Of a stretch of 64,000 nt of DNA, positions 25,765 through 37,849 are shown piece by piece. Source of the DNA: Somniosus microcephalus. Its lineage: Eukaryota. Made by a program: the position numbers and the translations under genes. The stretch is taken from assembly GCA_052327205.1 (NCBI GenBank), contig CM126210.1:106082001-106146000 (forward strand). The letters are read 5' to 3'. Under the pieces are notes generated by a model. That model did no database searches. It saw nothing but the letters and a program-made list of their open reading frames with translations, and was not told the origin of the DNA. Position 1 is the stretch's first letter, and the number at the start of each line of letters is the position of its first letter.

Positions 25765-26418
25765 GTAAGTCTGGTGTTATTAACAATTGTTGTGTTCTAT
25801 TATGAATTGCTTAGGCAGACAGCACCTGTGATCAGCAGAACCTGTTAAAGTGGTTTCTTTGCTGACGGTTAGAAAAGGAGAATGGATTTTTTTCATCACT
25901 CGCCTGTTTATTGCTGTTAAAAATAGTTATAAATCTCCCATGTGAACCATTTTTGAGGTTTAAAGATACATGCACACACTTTAGAAAACTATATAAATTA
26001 TGACATTTTAAGTATTTTATGAGGTATTTTTATTTATTTATGGAAATTTATGTTTATTAAGTATGTCAGTGAACTCCCTAAGGGTAAATTTTCTGCCTCT
26101 CTCTTCCTGGTTTATGGCAGGAGTGCATACTGGCGAAATGCGAAATCCCAGCCTGTGGTTTCTGCCAATTAATTTTAAGAAGCAGAAAAATTAACTAAAG
26201 TGCTTTAAATCTGGAACATAAAGAGGATGGGATAAATAGTGGTGGTAGCTGTGGGGAATGGGGGTGGGGTGGGGAATAACTGACAGCACAAAAGTGGCCG
26301 CAGACCGGTTGGAGAGGAGGCTGACTGGTGGTAACACGGTGGTGCTAAAACCACTAAATGTACCAGCACTGAACATTGGTAAACTTCCTACAGTTTGTCT
26401 AATCTTATCTATTAAGCA

Positions 26419-28193
26419 CTAGCTGAAGTGCCCGGCGGTGCCGAGGCTTTTTCGAGGGCATGTTGTTGTTGGAAGAGAGAGAGAGAGCGACTGGGGGGAA
26501 GAGAGAGAGCGACTGGGGGGAAGAGAGAGAGCGACTGGGGGGAAAGAGAGAGAGCGACGGGGGGAAAGAGAGAGAGCGACTGGGGGGAAGAGAGAGAGCG
26601 ACTGGGGGGAAGAGAGAGAGCGACTGGGGGGAAGAGAAGGCGGGGAGGGCAGGGAGGGGGAGGGAGGGCAGAGAGGGGGAGGGAGGGCAGGGAGGGGGAG
26701 GGAGGGCAGGGGGTAGGAGGGGGGGAGGAGGAGGGGCGGAGGGGGGGAGGAGGGGGGGAGGGAGTGGGGGAGAGGAGGGGGGAGGGAGTGGGGGAGAGAA
26801 GGGGGGAGGGGGAGAGAAGGGGGGAGGGGGGAGAGAAGGGGAGGGGGGGAGAGAAGGGGGAGGGGGAGAGGGGGAGAGAAACAGAGGGAAGGAGAGAGAG
26901 AGGGCGAGTCGCCTGCGGCCGCAAATGGAGCCAAGCCCCGAGAACAGGCGTGAGCCGGCTTGAGGCTGAGACGGCCACGCCCGGTTGCCGGGGTAACCCT
27001 TCCCCCCCCCTTCCGAGCCCCCGTCCTCCCGAGCACCGGCCGCGCCGCCCCCCCGAGAGCCCCGCACTCCCGAGAGCCCCGCTCTCCGAGCCCCAGCCGC
27101 CCCGCCCCGCACTCCCGAGAGCCCCGCTCTCCGAGCCCCGCCCCGCCCCGCACTCCCGAGAGCCCCGCTCTCCGAGTCCCGGCCGCCCCGCCCCGCACTC
27201 CCGAGAGCCCCGCTCTCCGAGCCCCGGCCGAGCCGGCTTGAAGTCCGCCGATTGCGGCTGTGAGAGACGGCCGGCGGACCCGGTTGCCGGGGTAACCCTG
27301 CCCGCTCACCAAGCCCCGCCCGAGATCCGCACTCCCGAGAGCCCCGCCCCCCCCCCCCACCCGAGCCGAGCGGGGAACAGAGAAAGACGCCGCGTCTCAG
27401 CTGCTCCTGCTGCGCGCGCACCCTGACCCTCGTGACCCTCGTGGCTGACACCGATGCCCCGGGTAACGTGACACCGGGCGGGGGGGGGGGGCGGTGCGGT
27501 GTGTGAGGAGCTTAGCAGAAGCCGTGGGACAATTACCTAGCTCGGGCCTGGCTGGGCAAGAAAGGCCCAGGCTTTGAGGCCTAACAAAAACGGGGAAAGG
27601 TAGGAAAAAGAATCTTCAGGTTAGAGAAAATATTTACAAATGAATGAAGTTTTTTTTAAAACAATTTAATAAAAGCAATTTTATTTTGCTGGAAATGTAT
27701 ATTTGAAAAGAAAGATGCAGAAAGCAGGAAAAAGAATGGAAGCAAGATGGCGGCTGCTCACCTCGGTTCAGAACGATAAGGCCCGCCCACACACGCACCG
27801 ATTGGTCGACCGTCAGGTCACCAAAGCGTAGGATTGGTCAATCGTCCCGTCACTCGACCGTAGGAGGGCCAGGCCGCACGCGCCAGCAACCCGGCGTACG
27901 ATTGGTCGACCTCGAGGTCACTCTGTCGCTAATGAGCGGATAATGAGATGCTAATGAGCGGAATGTTGAAGGTTTTTCGGATACCGCGGGCGCGATTTTC
28001 GTCCGGCCGAAACGTAAATACGCTTATCATCGTTTTGGAACGGTGAGCTTTCTTTCGACGTAACGCACACGTAGGTACACTCTGTAACTTTTGAGCGCAT
28101 AGCCGGACAGACGCACACCCGAGGACAGACAGAAGGACAGACAGAAGGACAGACAGATAGACAGACAGAAAGAAGTATCCGTTTATATATATA
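26419..28193 (-). mobile_element. Non-autonomous Helitron, unit D (founder; its first 4 nt TCTA displaced to 32493-32496)
   Basis: Minus-strand 3' end GCCTCGGCACCGCCGGGC hairpin, 7 nt, CTAG|T; 5' (TA)nAAA followed by (CTGT)n; no TIR or TSD. Confidence 0.8.
26476..26637 (+). repeat. About 22-bp minisatellite GAGAGAGAGCGACTGGGGGGAA, followed by a G-rich polypurine tract to about 26900
   Basis: About 7 tandem units read directly; variants at 29428-29560 and 30890-31010. Confidence 0.9.
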
Positions 28194-29368
28194 CTAGCTG
28201 GGCAGCCCCGCGTTGCGAGGGCAATTTTGGGGCGCGAGGGCAATTTTGGGGCGTTTGGTCTCCCTGCCCCTGTGTGTCCCCCCTCTCCCTGTCATGTCCT
28301 CTCCCTGTCCTATCCCTCCCTCCCCTCTCTCCCTCCCCTCCCCTCCCCTCCCCTCTCTCCCTCCCTCCCCTCCCCTCCCCGTCTCCCTCCCTCCCCTCCC
28401 TGTCTCCCTCTCCCCCCCCCACCCCTCCCCTCCCCCACTCCCCTCTGTCCCTCTCTCCAGCCCCTCCCCCTGCCTAGCGCCTGAGGTCCGGTGCCGTTGC
28501 TGAGGTCCCCCGCGTATCACGCGGCTGATGGACGGCCGCTGCGGGCGGGCGGGCAGCGCATGCGCGGTGAGTGTGGGCGGTGCATGCGCGGTGAGTGCGG
28601 GCGGCGCATGCGCGGTCAGTGCGAGCGGCCCGCGGGAGCCGGCAAAGCCGTTAGCGAGCGGGAAACTTCGGGCGGCGCGCCCGCGCTCCGTCCGCGACAC
28701 CTGAGAGGGGGAAGTAGAGAGAGACAGAGAGGGAAGAGGAGAGAGGGAAGAGGAGAAGGAGAGAGAGGGAAGAGGAGAAGGAGAGAGAGAGAGGGAAGAA
28801 AGAGAGAGAGAGAGAGAAATTTTTTCAGCTTCAGGCCCCGAGTCCCCCCTGCGCGAGGGTGAGGAGGAGGGGGGGGGGGGTTGCTAAACACAATATAAAA
28901 CTCAAATAAATTGTTAATTAATTGCCTAACACATAATTGAAATATTTACCTTAGTTCCCTAACACACAGAAAGTGTGGGGGAAAAAATCGTGGAAAATCA
29001 AGATGGCGGCCACTCACCTCGGTTCAGAAGGATAAGGCCCGCCCACACACGCACCGATTGGTCGACCGGTCAGGTCACCGAAGCGTAGGATTGGTCAATC
29101 GTCGAGTCACTCGACACTCAACTGTAGGAAGACCTCGACGTCACACGGTCGCTAATGAGATGCTAATGAGCGGAACGCTGAACGTTTTTGGGATACCGCG
29201 GGCGGGATTTTTGTCCGGCCGAAACGTAAATACGCCTATGACCGGTCCGGAATCGCAAGCTTTCTTTTGAGGCGACGCGCGCGTCGGTACGCTCTGTAAC
29301 TTCCAAACGTATAGAGACCAGGCGGACAGACAGACAGACAGACAGAAGAGCCGCTTTATATATATAGA
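28194..29368 (-). mobile_element. Non-autonomous Helitron, unit C (shared 5' module, different body and 3' end)
   Basis: 5' A|TCTATATATATAAA; 3' GCCCTCGCAACGCGGGGC hairpin, 7 nt, CTAG|T. Confidence 0.8.
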
Positions 29369-29370
29369 TA

Positions 29371-30829
29371 CTAGCTGAAGTGCCCGGCGGTGCCGAGGCT
29401 TTTTCGAGGGCATGTTGTTGTTGGAAGAGAGAGAGAGAGCGCGACTGTGTGGGGGGGGGGGGGGAGAGAGAGAGAGAGCGCACGACTGGGGGGGAAGAGA
29501 GAGAGTGACTGGGGGGAAGAGAGAGAGAGCGCGGGTGGGGGGAAGAGAGGGCGGGGGGGAAGAGAGGGCGCGGGTTAGGGCGGGGGGGAGGGCGGGGCGG
29601 GGGGGAAGGGAGGGGAGCGGGGGGAGGGGGAAGGGAGGGGGGAGGGGGAAGGGAGGGGGGAGTGGGGCGGAGAGGGAGCGGCGGGGAGGGCGGCGGGGGG
29701 GAGCGGCGGGGAGGGCGGCGGGGGAGGGGTGGGGCGGGGGGAAGGGAGGGCAGGGGAGGGGGGAAGGGAGGACGGGGGAGGGGGGAGGGGCGGGAGGGGG
29801 GGCGGGGGAAGGGAGGGCGGGGGAGGGGGGCAGGGGAAGGAAGGGGAAGGGGGGGAGGGAGGAAGGGAGGGCTTGAGGCTGAGAGACGGCCACGCCCGGT
29901 TGCCGGGGTAACCCTGCTGCGCCGCCCTGCCCCGCACTCTCGAGAGCCCCGCTCTCGAAGCCCCAGCCGCCCCGCTCTCCGAGCCCGCCCCGCACTCCCG
30001 AGAGCCCCGCTCTCCAAGCCCCAGCCGCCCCGCACTCCCGTTGCCGGGGTAACCCTTCCCGCTCACCAAGGCCGAGATCCGCACTCTCGAGAGCCCCGCC
30101 CCCCCCCGCCCGAGCTGAGCGCGGAACAGAGTCTCACCTGCTCCTGCTGCGCGCGCACCCTGACCCTTGTGGCTGACGTCGTTGCCCCGGGTAACGTGAC
30201 ACCGGGGGGGGGGGGGCGGGGTGTGAGGAGCTTAGCAGCAGCCCAATTACCTAGCTAGGCCCTGGCTGGGCAAGAAAGGCCCAGGCTTTCAGGCCTAAGA
30301 AAAAAACGGGGAAAGGTAGGAAAAAGAATCTTCAGGTTAGATAAAATATTTACAAATGAGTGATTTATTTTAAAACAATTTAATAAATTCAATTTTATTT
30401 TGCTGGAAATGTATATTTGAAAAGAAAGACGCAGAAAGCAGGAAAAAGAATGGAAGCAAGATGGCGGCTACTCACCTCGGTTCAGAATGTTAAGGCCCGC
30501 CCACACACGCACCGATTGGCCCGGCGGCACACGCCAGCAACCCGGCATACGATTGGTCGAGCTCGAGGTCACTCTGTCGCTAATGAGCGGATAATGAGAT
30601 GCTAATGAGCGGAACGTTAAGGTTTTTCGGATACCGCGGGCGCGATTTTAGCCCGGCCGAAACGTAAATACGCTTAAAACCGTTTTGGAAAGGTAAGCTT
30701 TCTTTCGACGTAACGCACGCGTAGGTACGCCCTGTAACTTTCGAGCGCATAGCCGCCCAGACGCACACGTGCAGACAGACAGAAGGACAGGCAGAAGGAC
30801 AGACAGAAGGACCAATTTATATATATAGA
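29371..30829 (-). mobile_element. Non-autonomous Helitron, unit B
   Basis: 5' TCTATATATATAAA; 3' hairpin and CTAG|T identical to unit D. Confidence 0.8.
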
Positions 30830-32492
30830 CTAGCTGGAGTGCCCAGCGGTGCCGAGGCTTTTTCGAGGGCATGTTGTTGTTGGAAGAGAAAGAGAGAGAG
30901 AGCGACTGGGGGTGGGGGGGGGGGAGAGAGAGAGAGAGAGCGCGACTGGGGGGGAAGAGCGAGAGCGACTGGGGGGTAGAGAGAGAGCGACGGGGGGAAG
31001 AGAGAGAGAGATGGGTGGAAGGGAGGGCGGGGGGGGAAGGGAGAAGGGAGGGCGGGGGGAAAAGGGAGGGCGGGGCGGGAAGGGAGGGAGGGGGGAAGGG
31101 AGGGCGGGGGGGAAGGGAGGGAGGGGGGAAGGGAGGGGGAAGGGAGGGAGGGGGGGAAGGGAGGGCGGGGGGGAAGGGGGGTAAGGGAGGGAAGGGGAAG
31201 GGAGGGAAGGGAGGGCGGGGAAGGGAGGGTGGGGGGGCGGGGGGAAGGAAGGGGTGGTGGAAGGGGGTGGCGGGGGGGAAGGGGGTGCGGGGGGGAAGGG
31301 GGAGGGGAGAGGGGGGGAGGGGAAGAGGCGGGGAGGGCTTGAGGCTGAGAGACGGCCACAGCCACGACCGGTTGCCGGGGTAACCCTGCCGCGCCGCCCC
31401 GCCCCGCCCCGCACTCCTGAGAGCCCCGCTCTCGAAGCCCCAGCCGCCCCGCCCCGCACTCCCGAGAGCCCCGCTCTCCGAGCCCGCGGAGCTCCGTGCT
31501 GCCCCACGCACTGACATGGCCCCGCCCTCCCGAGCTGTCTTGAAGATCGCCCCGCCCCGCACTCCCGAGAGCCCCGCTCTCGAAGCCCCAGCCGCTCCGC
31601 CCCACACTCCCGAGAGCCCCTCTCTCCGAGCCCGCGGAGCTCCGTGCCGCCCCACGCACTGACATGGCCCCGCCCTCCCGAGCTGTCTTGAAGATTGCCG
31701 ATTGCGGCTGAGACGGCCGGCGGGCCCGGTTGCCGGGGTAACCCTAAGCCCCGCCCGAGATCAGCACTCCCGATAGCCCCGCCCCCCCGCCCGAGCCGAG
31801 CGGGGAATAGAGAGAGAGACGCCGCGTCTCAGCTGCTCCTGCTGCGGGCGCACCCTTTAGTAAGGTCGCGGCGCTGGGCTGAGGCCCGCCCCTGCAGCCT
31901 TCGAGTGGGGCCAGGAGGTGCCTAGCTCGGGCGTGGGTGCGGAGGAGATGCCGAGGCTTCGAGGCCTACCTGGAAAAACGGGGAAAGATAGGAAAATTAA
32001 TGAGATTAGATAAGTTAATAACTTTCTAAATCATTTTTTTTAAAAACAATATGTGTTTTAAAAGCAACGTTTTTTTTAAAGACGCAGAAAGCGGGAAAAA
32101 GAAAGGAAAAGTTTGGAATCAAGATGGCGGCGACTCACCTCGGTTCAGAACGATAAGGCCCGCCCACACACGCACCGATTGGCCCGGCGGCACACGCCAG
32201 CAACCCGGCGTACGATTGGTTGAGCTCGAGGTCACTCTGTCGCTAATGAGCGGATAATGAGAGGCTAATGAGCGGAACGTTAAGGTTTTTCAGATACCGC
32301 GGGCGCGATTTTAGCCTGGCCGAAACGTAAATGCGCTTAAAACCGTTTTGGAAAGGTAAGCTTTCTTTCGACGTAACGCACGCGTAGGTACGCCCTGTAA
32401 CTTTCGAGCGCATAGCCGCCCAGACGCACACCTGCAGACAGACAGACAGATAGACAGAAGGACAGACAGAAGGACCGATTTATATATATAGA
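30830..32492 (-). mobile_element. Non-autonomous Helitron, unit A
   Basis: 5' A|TCTATATATATAAA; 3' GCCTCGGCACCGCTGGGC hairpin and CTAG directly abutting the TC of unit B; internal tandem duplication of about 150 bp at about 31400-31696. Confidence 0.8.
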
Positions 32493-32714
32493 TAGATTGG
32501 TTTGTAGGGTTATCTGAAGCTCAGTGGGAAAAATCTCATCTCCCAGTGACAGGTCTTCCCTGCCACCTCCAAGTTTGCATTGCTGAGCTAGACTAGCTGG
32601 TCAGTTTCAGCAGTGGCAAGAAGTGCAGCAGACCTGCTTGGTTAAGGTATCGGTTTATTGAGTCTGCAACAGATGGTTGACTTGATTCTAACCTTCCATC
32701 GCCAAGAAGGACAA

Positions 32715-33900
32715 TCATTCTACTAGTGTCAAGCTTGGGTTTGAGCCCTCACTATGTGGACAGCAGGTTTGCAACCCAATCAGTTTAGGCATTAAGCTTT
32801 GTTTATATGAAAATGTGTTCTTATATCCGGTCTTGGGTAATGCCCTCCAGCAGATGTCGGTCAAAAGTCTGATTTTTTCCATTTGCCATAGAATGGACAG
32901 TGCCTTCAGAATGGTGGAAATACATACAAGAGTAGCTTGCGTTGTGGCAGCCACCTTGATGTTCTACACGTCTAAATCCAGTGCTGTGTACCAGAACTAC
33001 TCTTCACAAACTATTTAACCTGGCTCCTCATTTGAGGGCATTGGCAAAGGGACATGCCTGATGTGCGAGATGTGCCTGATGTGCCTGCATGAGACTCAAA
33101 GCCCTAAGGCGCAAGTTGGTGTAATTCTTTTGAGATGCAAATTAATAATACCATACTTGAGGCATCCACCATGATATCCCATTGGTTGGTCCATTGTTCA
33201 AGATGTTGAGCAGAATGCACACTGGATCCTTAGGTGAGTCTACCAACAACACAGTATTATCTGCAAAAAAGAATGCTGCAGTTTTGCAAAAATGCCCAGA
33301 ACAGACAGTTCAAGGCTGCCCCTTACAGTGTTATTCATTGTATCATAACAAAGAAGTTTAATAGGTTGGATAATGGTGGAAAAACTTCCCTCACTCGTCT
33401 TCAAGGGAAATTGGCTCAGTGAGTCTCTCTGCTCTTACATGGATCTTGGAGCTGGAGTACCCATCCTTGATGAAATAAAAGATTTGTCCATTTACTCCAT
33501 AGCTCTCAGCTTCTTCAGGCGGACTATATGAAACATTAGGTCAAAAGTCTTACGAAAAGGATGCAGGAAGTGGAAAAATTCATATTCATGCAGTAGGGAT
33601 GCTCTTCTGAAGTTGGATTTAAGGAACATCTGGGGCTTTACCATTCATCTGTCGGTTCTATACTTGATCTGAAAATGCTTTATGGTAATATGGGTGCCAA
33701 ACTTGGCGTGAACATTCCTGATCTTGATTAGCATTAAAAAAAAGTACATAAAAAGTAATGCATTCTTCAATAAAGTTTGATAGACTGTATTAATTTTTCC
33801 TGTGTCCAAGTAGCGCACACAAGTGTTTTTGAATGAGGCATCTTGCACTGCACTGTATATTCCATTATTCAGTCAAGAGTGATTTTTCTGCCCTCACAAT
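32715..33900 (-). mobile_element. Highly degraded LINE reverse-transcriptase remnant
   Basis: Minus strand near 33270-33190 reads FADNTVLLVDSPKD...LNILEQW, resembling the RT (Y/F)ADD region; boundaries approximate. Confidence 0.4.
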
Positions 33901-36900
33901 TGGATGTAACTGCTGACACCCTTGAATTTTATCTGCAGTCCATTTAGTCCTTTCCAAAGCAATTTATGTATAAAAGTCTTGTTTTTATGTGCACGTTTCT
34001 AGGTGATCTAATGTTATAGAATCACTTTGACCAGTCAGATTGCAGAACCAGAGACCACTGTCCCTTCAACCAATTGCCTTATCAATATGCTCTGCCCACC
34101 GCCCACCAGCCGATCAGCTTTTTCTGTGGCTAGATTGGCCAAAATGAGTGTTGAACACCATTAAGACTTCCCGTCTGTACTTGTACACATCCATTTTACA
34201 AGTGGAAATTCACTAGTAAAGGTTTATTATTGGTTTTAAGAAACTTTGCTTGTTAATCACCACATAAATATTTGAACAACGTGAAACAGTATATGAGAGC
34301 ACCAATGGAGTAGTGGGTGAATGCATGCTCTGTTTAGTACTGAGACATACAGAGCAGGAAGGCTGACCCTTGGTCAATGCTGAGCTCATTTAAATCAGCT
34401 GTGAGAGAAGCAAGGACAATCCAATTGGCCCCAGTGCTCATAGGAAAAAATCAGCCAAGGCACTTGCTCTCGGTTGGCACAAAGTGAGTCCTCCTGCAAA
34501 ATGCCTGTGTGTAGTTTATCGGGTGAGGACAGATTGGGCTAAGCTGTGATTCCTGCCACTGCCCCCCACAACCCCAGATAGACTACCTTGCTGACACATA
34601 TACAGAAGAGAGAAAACTGGATAAAAAGTATAAAGCTATATATGGAAGATGCACTTATACACCAGATTTTATGGTCATCAAACCTTTGTCATGATGCTTA
34701 ACTAATGAGAACATGAATGAATATAAATAGATGGACTACTTTAATAAAAACCTGTGCAAAAAGCTTCTTAGCCTGTTGTCAACAAATTTGCCTCCTTGAG
34801 TGGGTGAATAACATTGTCTCTTCATAGCTTTAATGTGCTTTTCTTTTCCAAAGTCCTTACATTAGTTCAGTTAAAGAATGATATGGTTCTATTTGTGTCA
34901 CTGATGTAGTTACAGCCAACTGCTGCTTGACTCAGATGATGAAAGTGCCATTTGTCTGAGTGTTCACTTCCTTTTGGACAAATTCATATGATAGCTTCAA
35001 CAAAAGTACTTGACACAGTCAACAGATGCCTTTTCAGAATGCTTAAAGAAACTTAATCTTCTTAACAGTGTGGCTTCACCTGCAATTCATGGACAAAATT
35101 ACCTTCACAAATAAAATGATGAGTTATACAGTAGAAGTGCACATTGCACCAAAAATACGGTAGCTGAAAATTGCAGTACAGTACCTCTGTACAGGGTGCT
35201 AGAGGGAGGGGAGAGAAAGGAACAAATTATCATTTCCAAGTTGCTGTAGCATTCTTTTGGGGTCTGGAAAGCAGCCTGTGATATTCCCTCCTCAGCAACA
35301 GAAGTGAGGACTTAGAACATTGTGGAATTTTAAAATAACTGATTTGGTATGTAAAAAAAATTAAGAAAAGAAAACTGTCTTCCACTGTGCAACCTGAGTA
35401 AAATGTAAAAAATTCCAGCAATGACAACTCTCAGAATCATTGCTGGCTAGGAGTAAGCCATTCAGTCCCTCGAGCCTGTTCTGCCATTCAATTAGATTAC
35501 ATTTCATAAAATTTCATAGAATTTATAGCACAGAAACAAACCATTCAGCCAAACTGGTCACAACGCCCATTGTTATTAATGTGCAAATTGGCCAGCAAGT
35601 TCAGGGAATGAAGAGATATGCCGTGAGTTGCGAATCTTCAGAATTTGCTGGTCGATTTACGCCGCTCCGCCATTTGCCTCGCACAAAGGGCATCTCACCC
35701 TTAGCCTCCTCGTTATTTTTAAGAACCTGCTGGATTTGCACATTAAACTAGCCACAGAATGTTGGGGCTCATAATTAATAATGTAAGTACCCTTTTAACA
35801 ACATGATAATTGTTAATGCAATGCTAATCAATCGCTCCGGCTCAGAATGAGAACAATGTAAAATGTTGAGTCTCAATCTTGAATGTAGGAAATTGTTAGA
35901 GATTTAAAAAATGTCAAATTTTTAATTTTTTTCTTCTTTTTCCTTTCTGTCTCTTTTTTTCCCTCTCTCTTAATCCAATCTTTCTTTCACCTCTCATGGC
36001 CAGAATTTTCCCCTAAAAAACAGGGTGGGTTTGGAGCATGGGGGCAGTTAAATTGTTAAAAATCGGATTCCTGACCTGATCCCGCCTCCGACCTGTCCAC
36101 TTACAGTTTTAACGGGGATGGGTAGCCAACCCGCCGCCAGAGGACGGTATCTTAATTTAAATATGGTAATGAGGCTAGAAGCCTTTTTTTTCACCTCCAT
36201 TTTGTATTAACTGCCTGTGGACGGGTTTCACACAATATGCTTTATACCTACCTCCTGGATCCAGGGTGTATGTACCTTTAAGGGAATAACTGGTTTTAGA
36301 CTGCAGTACCGGCAGTGACCACCCCTGTATAAAAGGCCCTAGCAGGCTTCTGTATTTCAGTCTGACGTTGCCTCCTGTTCAGTAAAGTACCTGTTAAACT
36401 GTTCTCCCGAAGTCTATGTATTATTGAGGCGCGGACTTTACAGTGGCGATGAGTAAGTTCGAACTCACCTGCAGTGTGGCATCATCTCACGGGGATCTCG
36501 CCCTGAGAGGAGGGTTCTGGAAGGTCGTAGTCTGAACAACGGGCGTCGACCGAGGGCAACCGCCCAAAGAATTCATCGGTGTTCGGAGAATTGCGGGAGA
36601 GACTGTGGAGAGCTGTGCTTGGCTCCCCAGTTAAGGTGTTCCAGCAAATCGTGCTGGTAGCAGGTAGCACACTGACCCTTCCGGACTGTGGCGGGCTCAA
36701 GCTCGATCGAGCGGCTGTACAAAATGGGCCACGCAGCGTCGCCGGGAAAAGAAAACGAGAGAGAGAGGGTGGAGCGCACAGGGCGCGGTCGGTGCTCAAG
36801 AACAGGGCAGCGGAGAGAAAATAAACGGGGGGAAGGAAAGCGAGACGTGCCGAAGCTGCGGGTCGCTGCCATTACCCTGTAGAACGCTAGGAGCAGCGTG

Positions 36901-36907
36901 GCAGCAA

Positions 36908-37025
36908 GGGGAAGAAGCAAAAGCGCGGGAGGCGCCATTTTATCCCGTTGGGGAAGAAGCAAAAGCGCGGGACGTGCCATTTTATTCCATTGGGGAAGAA
37001 GCAAAAGCGCGGGAGGCGCCATTTT
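36908..37025 (+). repeat. 42-bp tandem repeat, about 3 units, in the Gypsy leader
   Basis: GGGGAAGAAGCAAAAGCGCGGGA(G/C)G(C/T)GCCATTTTA at 36908, 36950 and 36992. Confidence 0.9.
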
Positions 37026-37037
37026 AAATCACCCAAG

Positions 37038-37832
37038 ATGCCGAAAAGTGGCAGTATCACTGCTTTCGACAATGAGGTAGAAGACTGGACCACGTATGTG
37101 GAAAGAATTGAAGTATACTGCAAGGCGAATGAAGTGGCCGATGGAAAGAGGGCGTCGGTATTATTAAATCTGATGGGCGCGAGTACATACGGTCTATTGC
37201 GGAATTTAATTACCCCAGCTAAACCAATGGAGAAAAGTTTTGAGGAGATTGTTCATATCTTACAGGAACACCTAAGCCCTACACCACTGCTGATAGCAGA
37301 AAGATTCAAGTTCCATAAAAGAAACCAGCACAAAGATGAGCGCAATGCTGACTATCTTACGGAACTACGCAACTTATCGAAACACTGCCAGTTCGGAGCA
37401 GGACTGGCAGACACCTTACGGGATAAGTTTGTCTGCGGGCTCCAGAGTGAAGGAACCCAGAAACGACTACTTTCAAAAAAGGACCTGACACTAGAACAGG
37501 CTTTCAGCGTGGCAGTATCCTATGAAGCAGCAGCACGGGGAGCTGCGGAAATACAACAGAAACCACAAGAATACAGCGCTAACGAAATGGCGTATGGAGC
37601 CGAAAAGTGCTATCGCTGCGGCAGAACAACCCATGAGCAGAAGGACTGCTGGTTTAAAGACAAAATATGCAGGCAATGCGGGAAAATGGGACATATAGCA
37701 AGAGTCTGCAGGTCGGGAAAGAAGACCAACACGACAAGAACTACTAAGGAACAGTACAGGAAAGTAAAGAAACTGACAGATAGTAGTTCAGAAGATCAGG
37801 AGAGTGATAAGGACCTGAGAGCAGGCGACTAA
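37038..37832 (+). CDS. gag: Gag with two CCHC zinc knuckles
   Basis: MPKSGSITAFD...WTTYVER...LRDKFVCGL; CYRCGRTTHEQKDC and CRQCGKMGHIARVC. Confidence 0.88.
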   Translation: MPKSGSITAFDNEVEDWTTYVERIEVYCKANEVADGKRASVLLNLMGASTYGLLRNLITPAKPMEKSFEEIVHILQEHLSPTPLLIAERFKFHKRNQHKDERNADYLTELRNLSKHCQFGAGLADTLRDKFVCGLQSEGTQKRLLSKKDLTLEQAFSVAVSYEAAARGAAEIQQKPQEYSANEMAYGAEKCYRCGRTTHEQKDCWFKDKICRQCGKMGHIARVCRSGKKTNTTRTTKEQYRKVKKLTDSSSEDQESDKDLRAGD

Positions 37833-37849
37833 GTTTAAAGTTACACAAC

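Noticed and set aside
26405-31665. Long Pro/Gly/Arg-rich ORFs of up to 348 aa in many frames
   Set aside because: They arise from stop-poor G/C low-complexity repeats inside the Helitrons; they overlap in all frames and show no Rep or helicase motifs.
26419-32496. rDNA spacer or bona fide host CpG-island promoter
   Set aside because: There is no rRNA sequence, and precise TC/hairpin-CTAG boundaries at A^T sites explain the block as mobile elements.
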